A stretch of 62,980 bases of DNA, counting the filler, from Octopus bimaculoides (taxonomy: Eukaryota), in assembly GCF_001194135.2 (NCBI RefSeq). It is 9 parts of 9 records of this genome, joined end to end, with 100 filler letters (N's around TTAATTAATTAA, not from the genome) between each part and the next. Parts side by side here need not be neighbours in the genome. Positions count along the whole stretch, not along the records: positions 1 to 7,620 come from NC_068994.1; positions 7,721 to 17,325 come from NC_068982.1; 7 more parts are not named here. One strand, 5' to 3'. The position numbers and the translations under genes were made by a program. Below are positions 1 through 11,744 of the stretch, piece by piece. Numbering within the stretch: the stretch's first letter is position 1; the number at the start of each line of letters is the position of its first letter. Under the pieces are notes generated by a model that worked only from the letters and a program-made list of their open reading frames with translations, was not told the origin of the DNA and did not search any database.

Positions 1-32
1 ATATACACACACATACATACATATATATATAT

Positions 33-855
33 GTCTAAATTACGCAGAAATGAAGATAACACTGACATCTCATTTTAATAGGCATATTTACCAAAATTAC
101 ATGAAAATATCTTGAAATACTAAAGAGTAAATTTATTCAATAGAATCGCCATTGGCTTCAACGACGGCCTCCAGACGACTTCGGAATCTCCTGCAACTCT
201 TCAGGACGGTCTCCTTGTTTAAGTTGATGAATGCTGCCATAATCCTTGCCTTCAGTTCATCTTTGGTGTTACAAAGAGTTTTGCTGGTCTCTCACTGAAC
301 TGCGCCCCACACATAATAATCAAGGGAATTGCAGTCTGGGGAGTTAGGTGGTCAGATGTTAGGGGTGATGTGTTCGCAGAAATTGTCTGACAGCCATGAC
401 TAGGTTCTCCTGCTTGTGTAGCATGGTGCAGAGTCCTGTTGCCAGATATAGGGTCTTCAGGCACTACCTCCTGCAGGCACTTGATGTAGGCTTCCGTGTT
501 GTGTGAGACCGTGTGGGAAGATGAATGGAGGCATAACGTCGCCATCATTAGTGATCACTCCAAACATCATGATGTTGACTGGATGTTTGATTTATATCAC
601 TTTCGGTACATATCCTCAGATTGACACCCAAACACTCTGAAATGTTCGTATTGGCGCTTCCGGCGCGAATGCCAAGCAGTACAGCGTACCGTTTCCAAAT
701 CTCTAACAGAGTGAATTACGTCATGGTGCTGTTTTTCTCGTAGACGGTGCCCAACTGACCCTACTATACTGTGTAGTCAACAAATTCAAAAACAAACAAT
801 GGGCATGCGCGAAATAAAAAATATAAAATGGCGACAATTCACCCATCGCACCCTC
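33..855 (-). mobile_element. Internally deleted, non-autonomous Tc1/mariner DD37D (maT-like) element, copy 1
   Basis: Homologous to 34610-35465. 5' TIR-like end GGCGACAATTCACCCATCGCACCCT at about 829-854; decayed transposase C-terminus; flanked by TA/CA microsatellites. Confidence 0.85.
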
Positions 856-891
<36 letters not shown>

Positions 892-1266
892 CATATATAC
901 TCATGCACTCATATACGCACGCACACACCCAGATATATACCCACACACATTCTTGAGAATAATTTAAGTGTGTCACCTACATATCAATGTGTATTCTATT
1001 TAACATCGAAAGCAAATAAAGATGAATTATTTTAACTCGGTTGAATGGAAAATAAAACTTCTTTCTTAAAACTACTGAAAATGATAAAAGGCCAGCGTAG
1101 GAAACATTTCCGCCATCTTTACTCCATTCAATGGACAGTAAAATATAAAACAGATTTTCTGACTATCAGTTTCTTAAGAACATTTTGTTCTAGTGTGTGG
1201 ATGATTTACTCAGGACAAAAGAGAGGAAAAGTCAATTTCGTATGGGTGTGTTTAATATTGCTGCTG

Positions 1267-1305
<39 letters not shown>

Positions 1306-1406
1306 GTAGTAGTAGTAGTAGTAGTAGTAGTGCTACTGCTGCTGTTGTTGTTATCGTTGTTATTGTTGCTTGTAGTGGGCTGACGTTTAGATTTCATATA
1401 TAAATC

Positions 1407-1505
1407 TGCTTAGTGGAGTATTTGGTCTGTCTTTCGTTCTGAGTTCAAATTCTGCCGAGGGCGACTTTGACTTACTTTCCTTCATATCCTTTCAGAGTCA
1501 ATAAA
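1407..1505 (+). mobile_element. SINE family A fragment (tRNA-derived head plus Deu/Nin-like core)
   Basis: GTTCTGAGTTCAAATTCTGCCGAGGGCGACTTTG matches the family A copies at 5570, 40437 and 48793. Confidence 0.7.
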
Positions 1506-1869
1506 AAAAGCTACTGCAATCCATATACATAATCAACTAGTCTCGTCCTTTGCGTATATACAGATAAATATGTATGTATGTACATGTTTGTGTGACCGTA
1601 TATAAGTGCATGATTCACGTACACACACACTCACATATTTCACGATTCTAAGGGCAAATATGGCGGATTCCAGTGAGGAAATTTGGCGATTCTAGAGAAG
1701 AAATTTCAGGATTCTAGGAGTAATTTCTAAAATGTGTACTGGCTTTGGATCGAAAAATTCTTTAGCAATTATTTCACGCAGATTTTTCTATTTTTTTGTA
1801 TTTTGGGGGAATGTTATTTTTATTTTTGCTTGATATATTTTCATTAGAGGTGATTTTTAACGATGCTAA

Positions 1870-2075
1870 TGAAAAATTTATGTTAAGGTTATGTAATAAC
1901 GTTGTATAAAACTCTAATATAAAGTTGTTAATGTTATACAATAATTTCTGTTGCAGACAAAAGTACTTTAATATAAAGTTGTTAATGGTATGAAATAGTG
2001 TTGTATAAAATAGTTCTTTATTTAAAGGCTGTTAACGTTATGTAAATAAATTCTGCTGTATACAAAATTACTTCT
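1870..2075. repeat. Degenerate AT-rich minisatellite, about 50-55 bp unit, about 4 copies
   Basis: Recurring AATATAAAGTTGTTAATGTTAT...TGTATAAAA motif. Confidence 0.6.
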
Positions 2076-2319
2076 TTCTTATATGTGAAAGGAACCAGGA
2101 TAGTGAAGGGGGAAATTACTGAAAAGAAAGAGATCAAGAATTACTAACCTCGCTGCAATGTGCAACAGATCAAGCTCTTTAGATAATCCATCACTACGCC
2201 AATTAGTTTAGAATTTACACTCTGCACTTTGACCTGACATGCCGTGGTTTTATTGTACGATATGTAGCGTGGACGTCCAGGCTTATCGATTTTTTTTTTC
2301 TTCCCAGTCCGATCTTTTC

Positions 2320-2680
2320 CTCCACCACCACCACCACCACCACCACCACCACTTCCTCCTTTTCCTCTTCCTCTGCTTTTTCTTCTTCTTCCCTGTTCAA
2401 TCATCTTCGTTCTTCTTCTTTCCTCATGCCTCACCTCCTACCCTTCTTCTTCTTCTTCTTCTTCTTCTTCTTCTTCTTCTTCTTCTTCTTCTTCTTCTTC
2501 TTCTTCTTCATTTTTTCTGATGCTTTTTATTTTCTATTCTTTTTTCTTCAGTTCATTTTCCTCCCTTCTTCTTCTTCTTCTTCTTCTTCTTCTTCTTCTT
2601 CTTCTTCTTCTTCTTCGTCCTATTTTTCCCTTCCTTATTTTTCTCCTCTTTCTTATTTTTTTTTATTTTGTTCTTCCTCT
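2320..2680. repeat. (CAC)n and (CTT)n microsatellites in a polypyrimidine tract running into a gap
   Basis: Seen directly in the sequence. Confidence 0.95.
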
Positions 2681-3625
2681 NNNNNNNNNNNNNNNNNNNN
2701 NNNNNNNNNNNNNNNNNNNNNNNNNNNNNNNNNNNNNNNNNNNNNNNNNNNNNNNNNNNNNNNNNNNNNNNNNNNNNNNNNNNNNNNNNNNNNNNNNNNN
2801 NNNNNNNNNNNNNNNNNNNNNNNNNNNNNNNNNNNNNNNNNNNNNNNNNNNNNNNNNNNNNNNNNNNNNNNNNNNNNNNNNNNNNNNNNNNNNNNNNNNN
2901 NNNNNNNNNNNNNNNNNNNNNNNNNNNNNNNNNNNNNNNNNNNNNNNNNNNNNNNNNNNNNNNNNNNNNNNNNNNNNNNNNNNNNNNNNNNNNNNNNNNN
3001 NNNNNNNNNNNNNNNNNNNNNNNNNNNNNNNNNNNNNNNNNNNNNNNNNNNNNNNNNNNNNNNNNNNNNNNNNNNNNNNNNNNNNNNNNNNNNNNNNNNN
3101 NNNNNNNNNNNNNNNNNNNNNNNNNNNNNNNNNNNNNNNNNNNNNNNNNNNNNNNNNNNNNNNNNNNNNNNNNNNNNNNNNNNNNNNNNNNNNNNNNNNN
3201 NNNNNNNNNNNNNNNNNNNNNNNNNNNNNNNNNNNNNNNNNNNNNNNNNNNNNNNNNNNNNNNNNNNNNNNNNNNNNNNNNNNNNNNNNNNNNNNNNNNN
3301 NNNNNNNNNNNNNNNNNNNNNNNNNNNNNNNNNNNNNNNNNNNNNNNNNNNNNNNNNNNNNNNNNNNNNNNNNNNNNNNNNNNNNNNNNNNNNNNNNNNN
3401 NNNNNNNNNNNNNNNNNNNNNNNNNNNNNNNNNNNNNNNNNNNNNNNNNNNNNNNNNNNNNNNNNNNNNNNNNNNNNNNNNNNNNNNNNNNNNNNNNNNN
3501 NNNNNNNNNNNNNNNNNNNNNNNNNNNNNNNNNNNNNNNNNNNNNNNNNNNNNNNNNNNNNNNNNNNNNNNNNNNNNNNNNNNNNNNNNNNNNNNNNNNN
3601 NNNNNNNNNNNNNNNNNNNNNNNNN

Positions 3626-4545
3626 TTGGTTGGTTAGTTGTTTGGTTGGTTGGTTGTGTGATTGAATGGTTGGTTAGTTGGTTGGTTGGCTGGTTGGTTG
3701 GTTGGTTGGTTGGTTGGTTGGTTCGTTGTGTGATTGGTTGGTTAATTGTTTGGTTAGTTGTGTGATTGGCTGGTTGGCTGGTTGGTTCGTTGGTTGATTG
3801 GTTGGTTAGTTGGTTGGCAAGTTGGCTGGCTTGTTGTGTGATTGGCTGGTTGGTTGGTTGGTTGGTTAGTAGGTTGATCAGTTGGTTGGTTGGGTAGTTG
3901 GTTGGTTTGTTGGTAGGTTGGCTAGTTGGTTGGCTGGTTGGTTAGTTGCTTGGTTGTATGGTTGATTGGTTTGTTGTGTGATTGTCTGGCTGGCTGGTTT
4001 GTTGGCTCGTTGGGTTATTGGTGAGTTAGCTGGTTGGTTGATTGGTTTGTTGGCTGGTTGTGTGATCGGTTGGTTGATTGGCTGTCTGGTTCGTTGATTA
4101 ATTGGTGGGTTGGTTTTGTATGTTGTTGGCTGGTTGGTTGGTTGGTTGGTTGGTTCGTTCGTTCGTTAGTTGCTTGCTTGCTTGTCTGATTTATTGGATT
4201 ATTGGCTGGTTGGCTTGCTGGTTAGTTGATTGGTTAACTAGTTAGCTGGCTGATTGGTCGGTTAACTGATTGCTTGGTCGGTTGTTTGCTGGATGGCTTG
4301 ATTGCCAGGTTTATTGTTAATTGGTTTCTTGATGAAGTTGATGATTGATTAGTTGATTGGTTGGTTGCTTGTCTGATTGGTTAGTTGGTTGGTTGGTTGG
4401 CTGGTTGGTTGGCTGGTTGGCTGGTTGGTTGGCTGGTTGGTTGGCTGGTTGGCTGGTTGGTTGGTTGGTTGGTTGGTTACGTGGCTGGTTGGTTGGCGAT
4501 ATTAATGGCTCGTTTCTTAGCGTGGATGTGTGGGTGGGTGGCTGA
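3626..4545. repeat. Degenerate (GGTT)n/(GGCT)n tetranucleotide satellite, about 0.9 kb
   Basis: Seen directly; it explains the WLVG/NQPT pseudo-ORFs. Confidence 0.95.
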
Positions 4546-4549
4546 TTGG

Positions 4550-4858
4550 TTGATTTGGAAGACAGAACCAAAACCTGGGACACAAAATTTGATAGACGGT
4601 GGGGACAGGCTGCGCTAAAAAGATTTGAGAGGAGAGCAATTATGTCAAGGGGCGAGAAACAGACAGGGTCCACATGCGGGCAGTTTTGATGGGGGAACCG
4701 CATTACAGACACAGTTGAAAGTGTTGCTGATGTTGAGGGTAGCCATAAGCTTTCACCAAATTTCTTCTGGATGAGGGTCCACTTGTGATTGTCGAAGGAA
4801 TGTGGGTCTGTAGTAGATGTGGCTTAATGGAAGCTGTGCTGGTGGCTATTAACGAGAG
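4550..4858 (-). mobile_element. Decayed CR1/L2-type LINE reverse transcriptase fragment
   Basis: Frameshifted translation SLVNSHQHSFH*ATSTTD...HKWT...[17 protein letters not shown]...SKLPACG...[12 protein letters not shown] resembles QYGFR..STTD, ALDISKAFDRV, SKL..YG and SGVPQGSVL. Confidence 0.6.
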
Positions 4859-4872
4859 ACAGACAGACAGAC

Positions 4873-5014
4873 GATGACGACGACAACGATGCTGCTGGTC
4901 CTGCTGATGATGGTGGTGATTACGTTGTTGATGATGATGATGATGATGATGATGACGATGATGATGATGATGATGGTGACACTAACGCTGATGACGTTGA
5001 TGATGCTGATGAAA

Positions 5015-5065
<51 letters not shown>

Positions 5066-5520
5066 GTGATGATGATGCCGATGACGACGACTACGATGAT
5101 GACGATCGTAATGATGATTTAAATACGTTACCGTTGGCAACTCAACAGAAGTTACCGTTAAGCATATTTTATTGTTATATTTTATTGTTTTACTGGCAAT
5201 GCAATAATCAGCGGCGGCGGCGGCAATGAGCATGATAACATTTCGAACAATGGCGACGACGACGACGACGACGACGATGACAACGGCGATGATGATGTTG
5301 GTGATGATGATGACGATGATAATGATGTTATATATCTTGCTTTTGGCTATTACCGTACTGTCATATAAGTTCTTGATGCTTGTATTTCTTCTGTTGCTGC
5401 TGATGATGGTGTTGTTGCTGATACTGATGCTGTTACCATAGTTGTTGTTGTTGTTGTTGTTGTTGTTGTAGCTGCTGCTGCTGCTGCTGTTGTCGTAGGC
5501 TTCATTATTGTTGTTTCTGT
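4873..5520. repeat. Compound trinucleotide microsatellites (GAT/GAC/GTT/GCT)n
   Basis: Seen directly in the sequence. Confidence 0.95.
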
Positions 5521-5569
5521 GGTTGGAAATTCTGCCAGTGAGGCCAATGACAACAACAGACAAAAAATT

Positions 5570-5782
5570 GCTTTCTACTCTAGGCACAAGGACCGAAATG
5601 TTTTGGGAAGGGCCCAGTCGATTAGATCGACCCCAGTACGCAACTAGTACTTAATTTATCGACCCCGAAAGAATGAAAGGCAAAGTCGACCGCCGTGGAA
5701 TTTGAACTCAGAACGTAAAGACAAATGAAATACCGCTAAGCATTTCGCCCGGCGTGCTAACGTTTCTGCCAGCTCGCCGCCC
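5570..5782 (-). mobile_element. SINE family A, near full length
   Basis: Minus strand reads GGCGAGCTGGCAGAAACGTTAGCACGCCGGGCGAAATGCTTAGCGG...GTTCTGAGTTCAAATTCC (A/B-box-like), then GTCGAC..TGCCTTTCATTCTTTCGGGGTCGATAAATTAAGTAC core and TGTGCCTAGAGTAGAAAG tail. At least 7 copies in the window. Confidence 0.85.
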
Positions 5783-6029
5783 TTACAACAAACAAAAAAT
5801 TTAGTCAAAGAAGGCCCCTGCATACGGTCGCTGGAGCCGCTGGCAATATCCCTTCAAACTTTATCGTCTAAATGTACTCCGGAGTGGTACACTGAGAGTA
5901 GAAACGTAACAGATTGGGCTGGTCACGGGTGGAAGGCCTTCCTTGTTCATTTAGAGGCAAAAACAACAACGCCAAAGCAATAGTAACAACCACATTATCA
6001 GCATGAAGATAAGCAAGGGCAAAATACAA

Positions 6030-6038
6030 CACTTACTA

Positions 6039-6091
<53 letters not shown>

Positions 6092-6110
6092 GCTACTGCT
6101 ACTGCTGCTG

Positions 6111-6165
<55 letters not shown>

Positions 6166-6233
6166 CACTCTCTTCCTTCTACAGCGCTTACAATACCTTC
6201 ACCATCACCACCACCACCAACGACAACAATAAG

Positions 6234-6298
<65 letters not shown>

Positions 6299-7510
6299 TT
6301 ACAACTGCTATTGTTTTCCTATTACAGCTATTACACTACCTTCACCATCACCATCACCACTACCAACAACAACAACAACAACTACTACTACTACTACTAC
6401 TGCTATTGTTTTCCTACTGCAGCCATTACACTAATTTCACCACCACCACCACCATCACCNNNNNNNNNNNNNNNNNNNNNNNNNNNNNNNNNNNNNNNNN
6501 NNNNNNNNNNNNNNNNNNNNNNNNNNNNNNNNNNNNNNNNNNNNNNNNNNNNNNNNNNNNNNNNNNNNNNNNNNNNNNNNNNNNNNNNNNNNNNNNNNNN
6601 NNNNNNNNNNNNNNNNNNNNNNNNNNNNNNNNNNNNNNNNNNNNNNNNNNNNNNNNNNNNNNNNNNNNNNNNNNNNNNNNNNNNNNNNNNNNNNNNNNNN
6701 NNNNNNNNNNNNNNNNNNNNCACCACCACCACCACCACCACCACCATCACCGAAACAACAACAACAACAAAAACAATAGCCACCACTCCAATACCTAATA
6801 ACAACGAAAATCCTATTGTTTCATTACCACATCGATCACCAACAACACTATTAAATCAGCCTTCACCACCATCACAAATCTATCGACATCAACAACTGCG
6901 AAGGCAGCAAGAACAACAACACCACCACCGCCACTACCACCAACGCTACCATCAACACCACCACTGACATTACTACCAAGACCAACACTATCACCACCTC
7001 CACCACTACCAATGCCACCACCAACACCACAGTCAACATCATCAGCAACACTACAACCACCACCACCAATACCACCACAACCGCCACCTACATACATAAC
7101 CACCACCAACAACAACAACAACACCACCATCAACACCAACACCACTACTACCACCACCAGTAACGCCAAACGACAATATCAACACCAACATCAACATCAC
7201 CAACACCGCCAACATCAACAGCAATACCATCAGCAACAATAACATCTTTATCAACATGGCCACCACCAACAGCACCACCACCAACACCACCACCAAGAAC
7301 AACTCTAACACCAATACCATATTCACCACCCCGTGACCACCACCACCAACAACAACAACATCAACGATGACATCTCCATCACTGCCATCACCATCGCCAT
7401 CAACAACTGCAATCACGGCTCCACCATGAACAGTAACAAGCACAGCAGCACCGGCAACAACAACAACAGAACCAGTAACTGCAATAACAACAACAAGACC
7501 ACAATCCAGC
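6030..7510. repeat. Compound (TAC/CAC/CAA/CAT)n low-complexity region with a higher-order unit of about 100-120 bp at 6180-6460
   Basis: The block TGCTATTGTTTTCCTA...ATTACACTA..TTCACCAyCACC recurs at about 6306 and 6401; triplet-phased sequence continues after the gap. Confidence 0.85.
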
Positions 7511-7665
7511 AACGTAACTGGAGGCCATGTCCAAAGAAGAGAAAAATTTTGCCAGAAAACCAAATCAAATCAAATACTGCAGCTGTGTGCGTCTGTGTGT
7601 GTGTGTGTGTGTGTGTGTGTNNNNNNNNNNNNNNNNNNNNNNNNNNNNNNNNNNNNNNNNNNNNT

Positions 7666-7677
7666 TAATTAATTAAN
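7666..7677. other. Artificial scaffold linker TTAATTAATTAA (stops in all six frames) inside a 100-bp N gap; also at 17370, 34396, 40291, 44247, 47215, 53109 and 58883
   Basis: The identical 12-mer is centred in eight gaps of about 100 bp. Confidence 0.95.
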
Positions 7678-8189
7678 NNNNNNNNNNNNNNNNNNNNNNN
7701 NNNNNNNNNNNNNNNNNNNNCTTACAGATGAGACATGATTTACTATCAAGTGCGTTAAGTATATACGTGAAATTAAATCTTCGGTTTCGGGATATAACTA
7801 AAACCACATTGTTGTAATGGCTTCCCAGAAGCATATTGTTTGTACAAGATTGATATCTTACATAATCACGCGTGTAAACTTTATCTTCTATCTTACTTTC
7901 TATCTACGGTCCATCTTATCTCAGTTACGATATCATATCGCTCAGTTGTCTGTGACAGAGTATATCCTTCGATGTACACGACCGTAAATAACACTCCAAG
8001 TCGACTCACGTAGGTAACATATAGAGCCTTGCTCATTGTAAAGTCATGTCTCACTTTTGTATTATCTTCCTTTATAATATCGATTTCTGCTCGTAAGGCA
8101 AGTTCCCACCATATCACAGCAAGACATAGGGAAACCAAAAACCCAAACGAAGTTATAAACCAGAAGAAGAATAGAAATTATCTGACTGG

Positions 8190-8700
8190 CAAGGGAGGGC
8201 TTTTGTATGTTCGATTATCAAAGATAGTTGCAACAAATAGTAGGTGTGAGACATGGTTATGGTTGCACAAAGCAAAGCTGAAAAGGAAGACAGAGTTTGT
8301 TAGTAGCAGCACAAGACCAATCTTTAAGGACTAATTGGATAAAAGCCAAAATAGACAAAATCAAGTAGATTGCAAATGAAGGTTATGCCAATCAAAAGAG
8401 GAAAGCGTTACTCATATAGTAAGTGAATGTACCATGCTCACACAAAAAGAATACAAGAAAAGACATGAAAACCTAGGGAGAGCAATCCACTGGACAATAT
8501 CCTTAATGATTTGAACAAATTGATAGGGAAAATAGGCTTAGAACCCAGTTTAGTACAGCTCCAGAAGACAGTGTTATCAGGGACAGCAAGGATACTTACG
8601 CGGATTCTTGTCATCTAAGGTTACTTGTTGTAGTCCGATGTTAGAATTGTTTTCCCTTCCAACACTCCAATCTGTTGTGTGTATATGAAAATTATAATAA
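8190..8700 (+). mobile_element. 3' remnant of an R4/Dong-like (RLE-class) non-LTR retrotransposon, internally deleted
   Basis: ETWLWLHKAKLKRKTE..LVAAQDQSLRTNWIKAKID...RLCQSKEESVTHIVSECTMLTQKEYKKRH (CCHC knuckle)...QLQKTVLSGTARIL..IL*, ending in an ATAATAA tail. Confidence 0.8.
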
Positions 8701-8833
8701 TACTTTCTACAAAAGGCATAAGGCCTGAAATTTGTGTTTCACTGGTACTTAATATATCGACCCCGAAAGGATAAAAGGCAAAGTCGACCTCGTCGGAATT
8801 TGAACTCTGACAGATGAAATACCGCTAAGCATG
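8701..8833 (-). mobile_element. SINE family A fragment
   Basis: CACTGGTACTTAATATATCGACCCCGAAAGG...GTCGACCTCGTCGGAATTTGAACTC matches family A. Confidence 0.75.
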
Positions 8834-8969
8834 CTACTATGAAGGAAAAAAAAATAAGAAAAGAATATTACAGGAGAATATGATTCATTCTAAAACCTGA
8901 ACTCAACTCTAAAAATCGCATCGAAGACATTAACACCCTGGCACGTCCAGTAATACAGAAAAAATTCAG

Positions 8970-9700
8970 CAAACCCCTGGTATCTGCTAAATTTTTTCCA
9001 GAGAACATTCTTTTCTTTGTGGTTAGATCGTAGATGATCTTTTTCTACCATATCGGATGTCCACTTAGTGGTCATCCCTTCTTATACGCATGTAATACAA
9101 TTTTTCTGGTTTTAAATTGAAGTTAATTAAATTAATATTCAATTTATCACCCTCTGTATATAAATATAAATTTTAAATAATTATGTTCTCTAACCGGGCA
9201 ACATCCACTGCAGTGAATTATCTTCTACAGAACTGTTTCCGGGATTTAGCTCGCCAGAGCTGAGACATTTGAAAATAATCCCAATGTAATCGGTATAATT
9301 GTGCGCACGTCAAACTTTATGAAGACAATTCGTGTATAGTTCTGCAAATTATATTGAATTAGAACGGTCGTACTGAGGAACCACGGACGTTTTTACGTAA
9401 GTAAAAGAGTTAATGGCGAAACCTGGTCTATGATTGATTATTTATTTTGTATATTTTCATTTGTTTTGCCCGCTTATGTTCTGGTGTTTGCTGAATTTTT
9501 TCTGGAGTACATCATTCTTTTCTTTGAGGTTAGATCGTAGATAATCTTTTTCTAGCATATCGGATGTCCATATAGTGGTCATCCCATCTTATGCGCATGT
9601 AATACAATTTTTCTGAATTTTCAGATTTTTTTATATGCTAGGCCACTGGCTTTAAATTGATTGAAGTAAATTAAATTAATATTCAATTTATCACCCTCAG

Positions 9701-9715
<15 letters not shown>
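8970..9715. repeat. Two direct copies of an about 200-235 bp sequence (8970-9172 and 9480-9715); each minus-strand start resembles a Tc1/mariner terminus (TA-CAGAGGGTG / TA-CTGAGGGTG)
   Basis: GGTTAGATCGTAGAT...ATCGGATGTCCA...GTGGTCATCCC...AATATTCAATTTATCACCCTC occurs twice. Confidence 0.8.
9366..9435 (+). ncRNA. Minimal type I hammerhead ribozyme (Penelope-type); A-C mismatch at the stem II closing pair
   Basis: Stem I GGTCGTA/TATGATT; core CTGAGGA (9373-9379); stem II ACCA/TGGC with 30-nt loop; GAAA (9418-9421); near-palindromic helix III ACC-T-GGT; GUC cleavage triplet ending at 9428. Confidence 0.65.
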
Positions 9716-9732
<17 letters not shown>

Positions 9733-9759
9733 TATATGTATCTATCTATCTATCTATAT

Positions 9760-10110
9760 GGCGCATGGCTCAGTGAATAGAGCGTGGTTAGAGCATCGGG
9801 CTCACAAGCATGACGCAGTGACTTCGATTTCCGGACCGAGCTGTGTGCTCTGTGCTTGAGCATAACACTTTATTTCACGTTGCTCCAGTTCACTCAGCTG
9901 TAGAAATGAGTTGCGACGTCACTGGTGCCAAGCTGTATCAGCATTTGTCTTTCCCTAATGTAATATCGGTGGCATGGAGAAGGGAGATTGGTATGCATGG
10001 GCGACTGCTGGCTTTCTTTGAAAAAAACTTGCTCGGACTTATGCCTTAGAGGGTAAGTTTCTATCTGCATTCCTATGGTCATTCATGGCCAAGAAGTGAG
10101 GCCTTTATCC
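9760..10110 (+). mobile_element. SINE family B (tRNA head plus Meta/V-like core)
   Basis: GGCGCATGGCTCAGTG...TTCGATTTCCGGACC head; TGCTTGAGCATAACACTTTATTTCACGTTGCTCCAGTTCACTCAGCTGTAGAAATGAG core. Degraded relatives at about 22960-23180(-), 42400-42530(-), 43790-43990(+), 47700-47850(-) and 48320-48490(-). Confidence 0.75.
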
Positions 10111-10907
10111 TTATCGTATTTATGTGGCGAAGAAATATTAGAATATTTCTTTTATTGAGCGCACACTTAAAGAGAAGAAAGCAACTCTGGTGAGAAAAAG
10201 GAAGCCGTATTTCTTGGCTTCTAAATTGTTCATGAATAAATATTCGCAATTTCCTCTTAACGTACTTCAACACTCCTCTCATCAAACAGGATTGTATGCA
10301 ACCATTATTTTGCGAGTCATTCTTCGATAATTATAATTTAACATATTTTCCACGCTACTCTAATAGGTTTTATGAAATTTTACATTTGTATTCACCCACA
10401 TACTTTTTTATTGACATTGGACTGTGGTGCAGAGAATTTGCGAGCCAGTCTTTTTATAGAGCTTACAACGTGATTGTCATGACAGGCAAAAGGCCATCGA
10501 GTTGGCTGTAGAGTTAGCAGAGGCAGTTTCAAGATGGCTGTGTATGAGGAGGTGTGAACCTTGGAATGAGCAGTGCTACCAAGGGTAATGCTGTTTGGAC
10601 ACAAACTGGAGCTTGATCGGTCCTGGCTAGTTTGCCTGTATGGGGGTGCCTGATTTGATGAAACACCGAACTATCTAATGACCTCTAAATGTCAGTAATA
10701 TTGTTTCCAGTTGCATCACAGACATAGGGAAAAAATATTTACTTGAGCGTGCGTATATCTAAGTATGTATGTGTATGTATGTATGTATGTATTTATGTAT
10801 GTACATAAACATGCATACATTAATACACACCCACATACATAATACATACATACATGCATACATACATGCATACATACATACATACATGCATACATACAGA
10901 CATTTTT

Positions 10908-11194
10908 TGTTGTTGTTGTTGTTGTTGTTGTTGTTGGCACTCCGTCGCTTACGACGTCGAGGTTTCCAGTTGATCCGATCAACGGAACAGCCTGCTCGTG
11001 AAATTAACGTGCAAGTGGCTGAGCACTCCACAGACATGTGTACCCTTAACGTAGTTCTCGGGGATATTCACCATGACACAGTGTGACAAGGCTGACCCTT
11101 TGAATTACAGGCACAACAGAAACAGGAAGTAAGAGTGAGAGAAAGTTGTGGTGAAAGAATACAGCAGGGTTCGCCACCATCCCCTGCCGGAGCC
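10908..11194 (-). mobile_element. SINE family C, 3' part (5' end lost in the gap), (CAA)n tail
   Basis: Near-identical to 30118-30510 and 50325-50515. Confidence 0.85.
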
Positions 11195-11744
11195 NNNNNN
11201 NNNNNNNNNNNNNNNNNNNNNNNNNNNNNNNNNNNNNNNNNNNNNNNNNNNNNNNNNNNNNNNNNNNNNNNNNNNNNNNNNNNNNNNNNNNNNNNNNNNN
11301 NNNNNNNNNNNNNNNNNNNNNNNNNNNNNNNNNNNNNNNNNNNNNNNNNNNNNNNNNNNNNNNNNNNNNNNNNNNNNNNNNNNNNNNNNNNNNNNNNNNN
11401 NNNNNNNNNNNNNNNNNNNNNACCTTAACCCATTACGTCCCATAATTCTATTAACTGGAATTTTTTTTATGAAACTTTGATTTCTAGCATAAAACAGCCT
11501 TAGAAACACGCTGGAATGATCAAAATAACATTTCAAAATAACATTTTAAATAGAAATAAGCGAGATATTGGGTGAAAAATATACCTAGTAGATATAGCAA
11601 AAAGGTTAGATATGTGTAGATATTGACAGATAATTACGAAATTTGCAATTTTTAAGTGATCTCATATGAGATCACTGGTAGGTAATGGATTAAGGAACAT
11701 ACTGCGCTCAAGACTACCTTATACCCTTATACCTTACACTTATG

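Noticed and set aside
6720-7510. Thr/His/Gln-rich open frames as a mucin-like exon
   Set aside because: Several frames and both strands are open because of CAC/CAA triplet composition; no splice signals or domain support.
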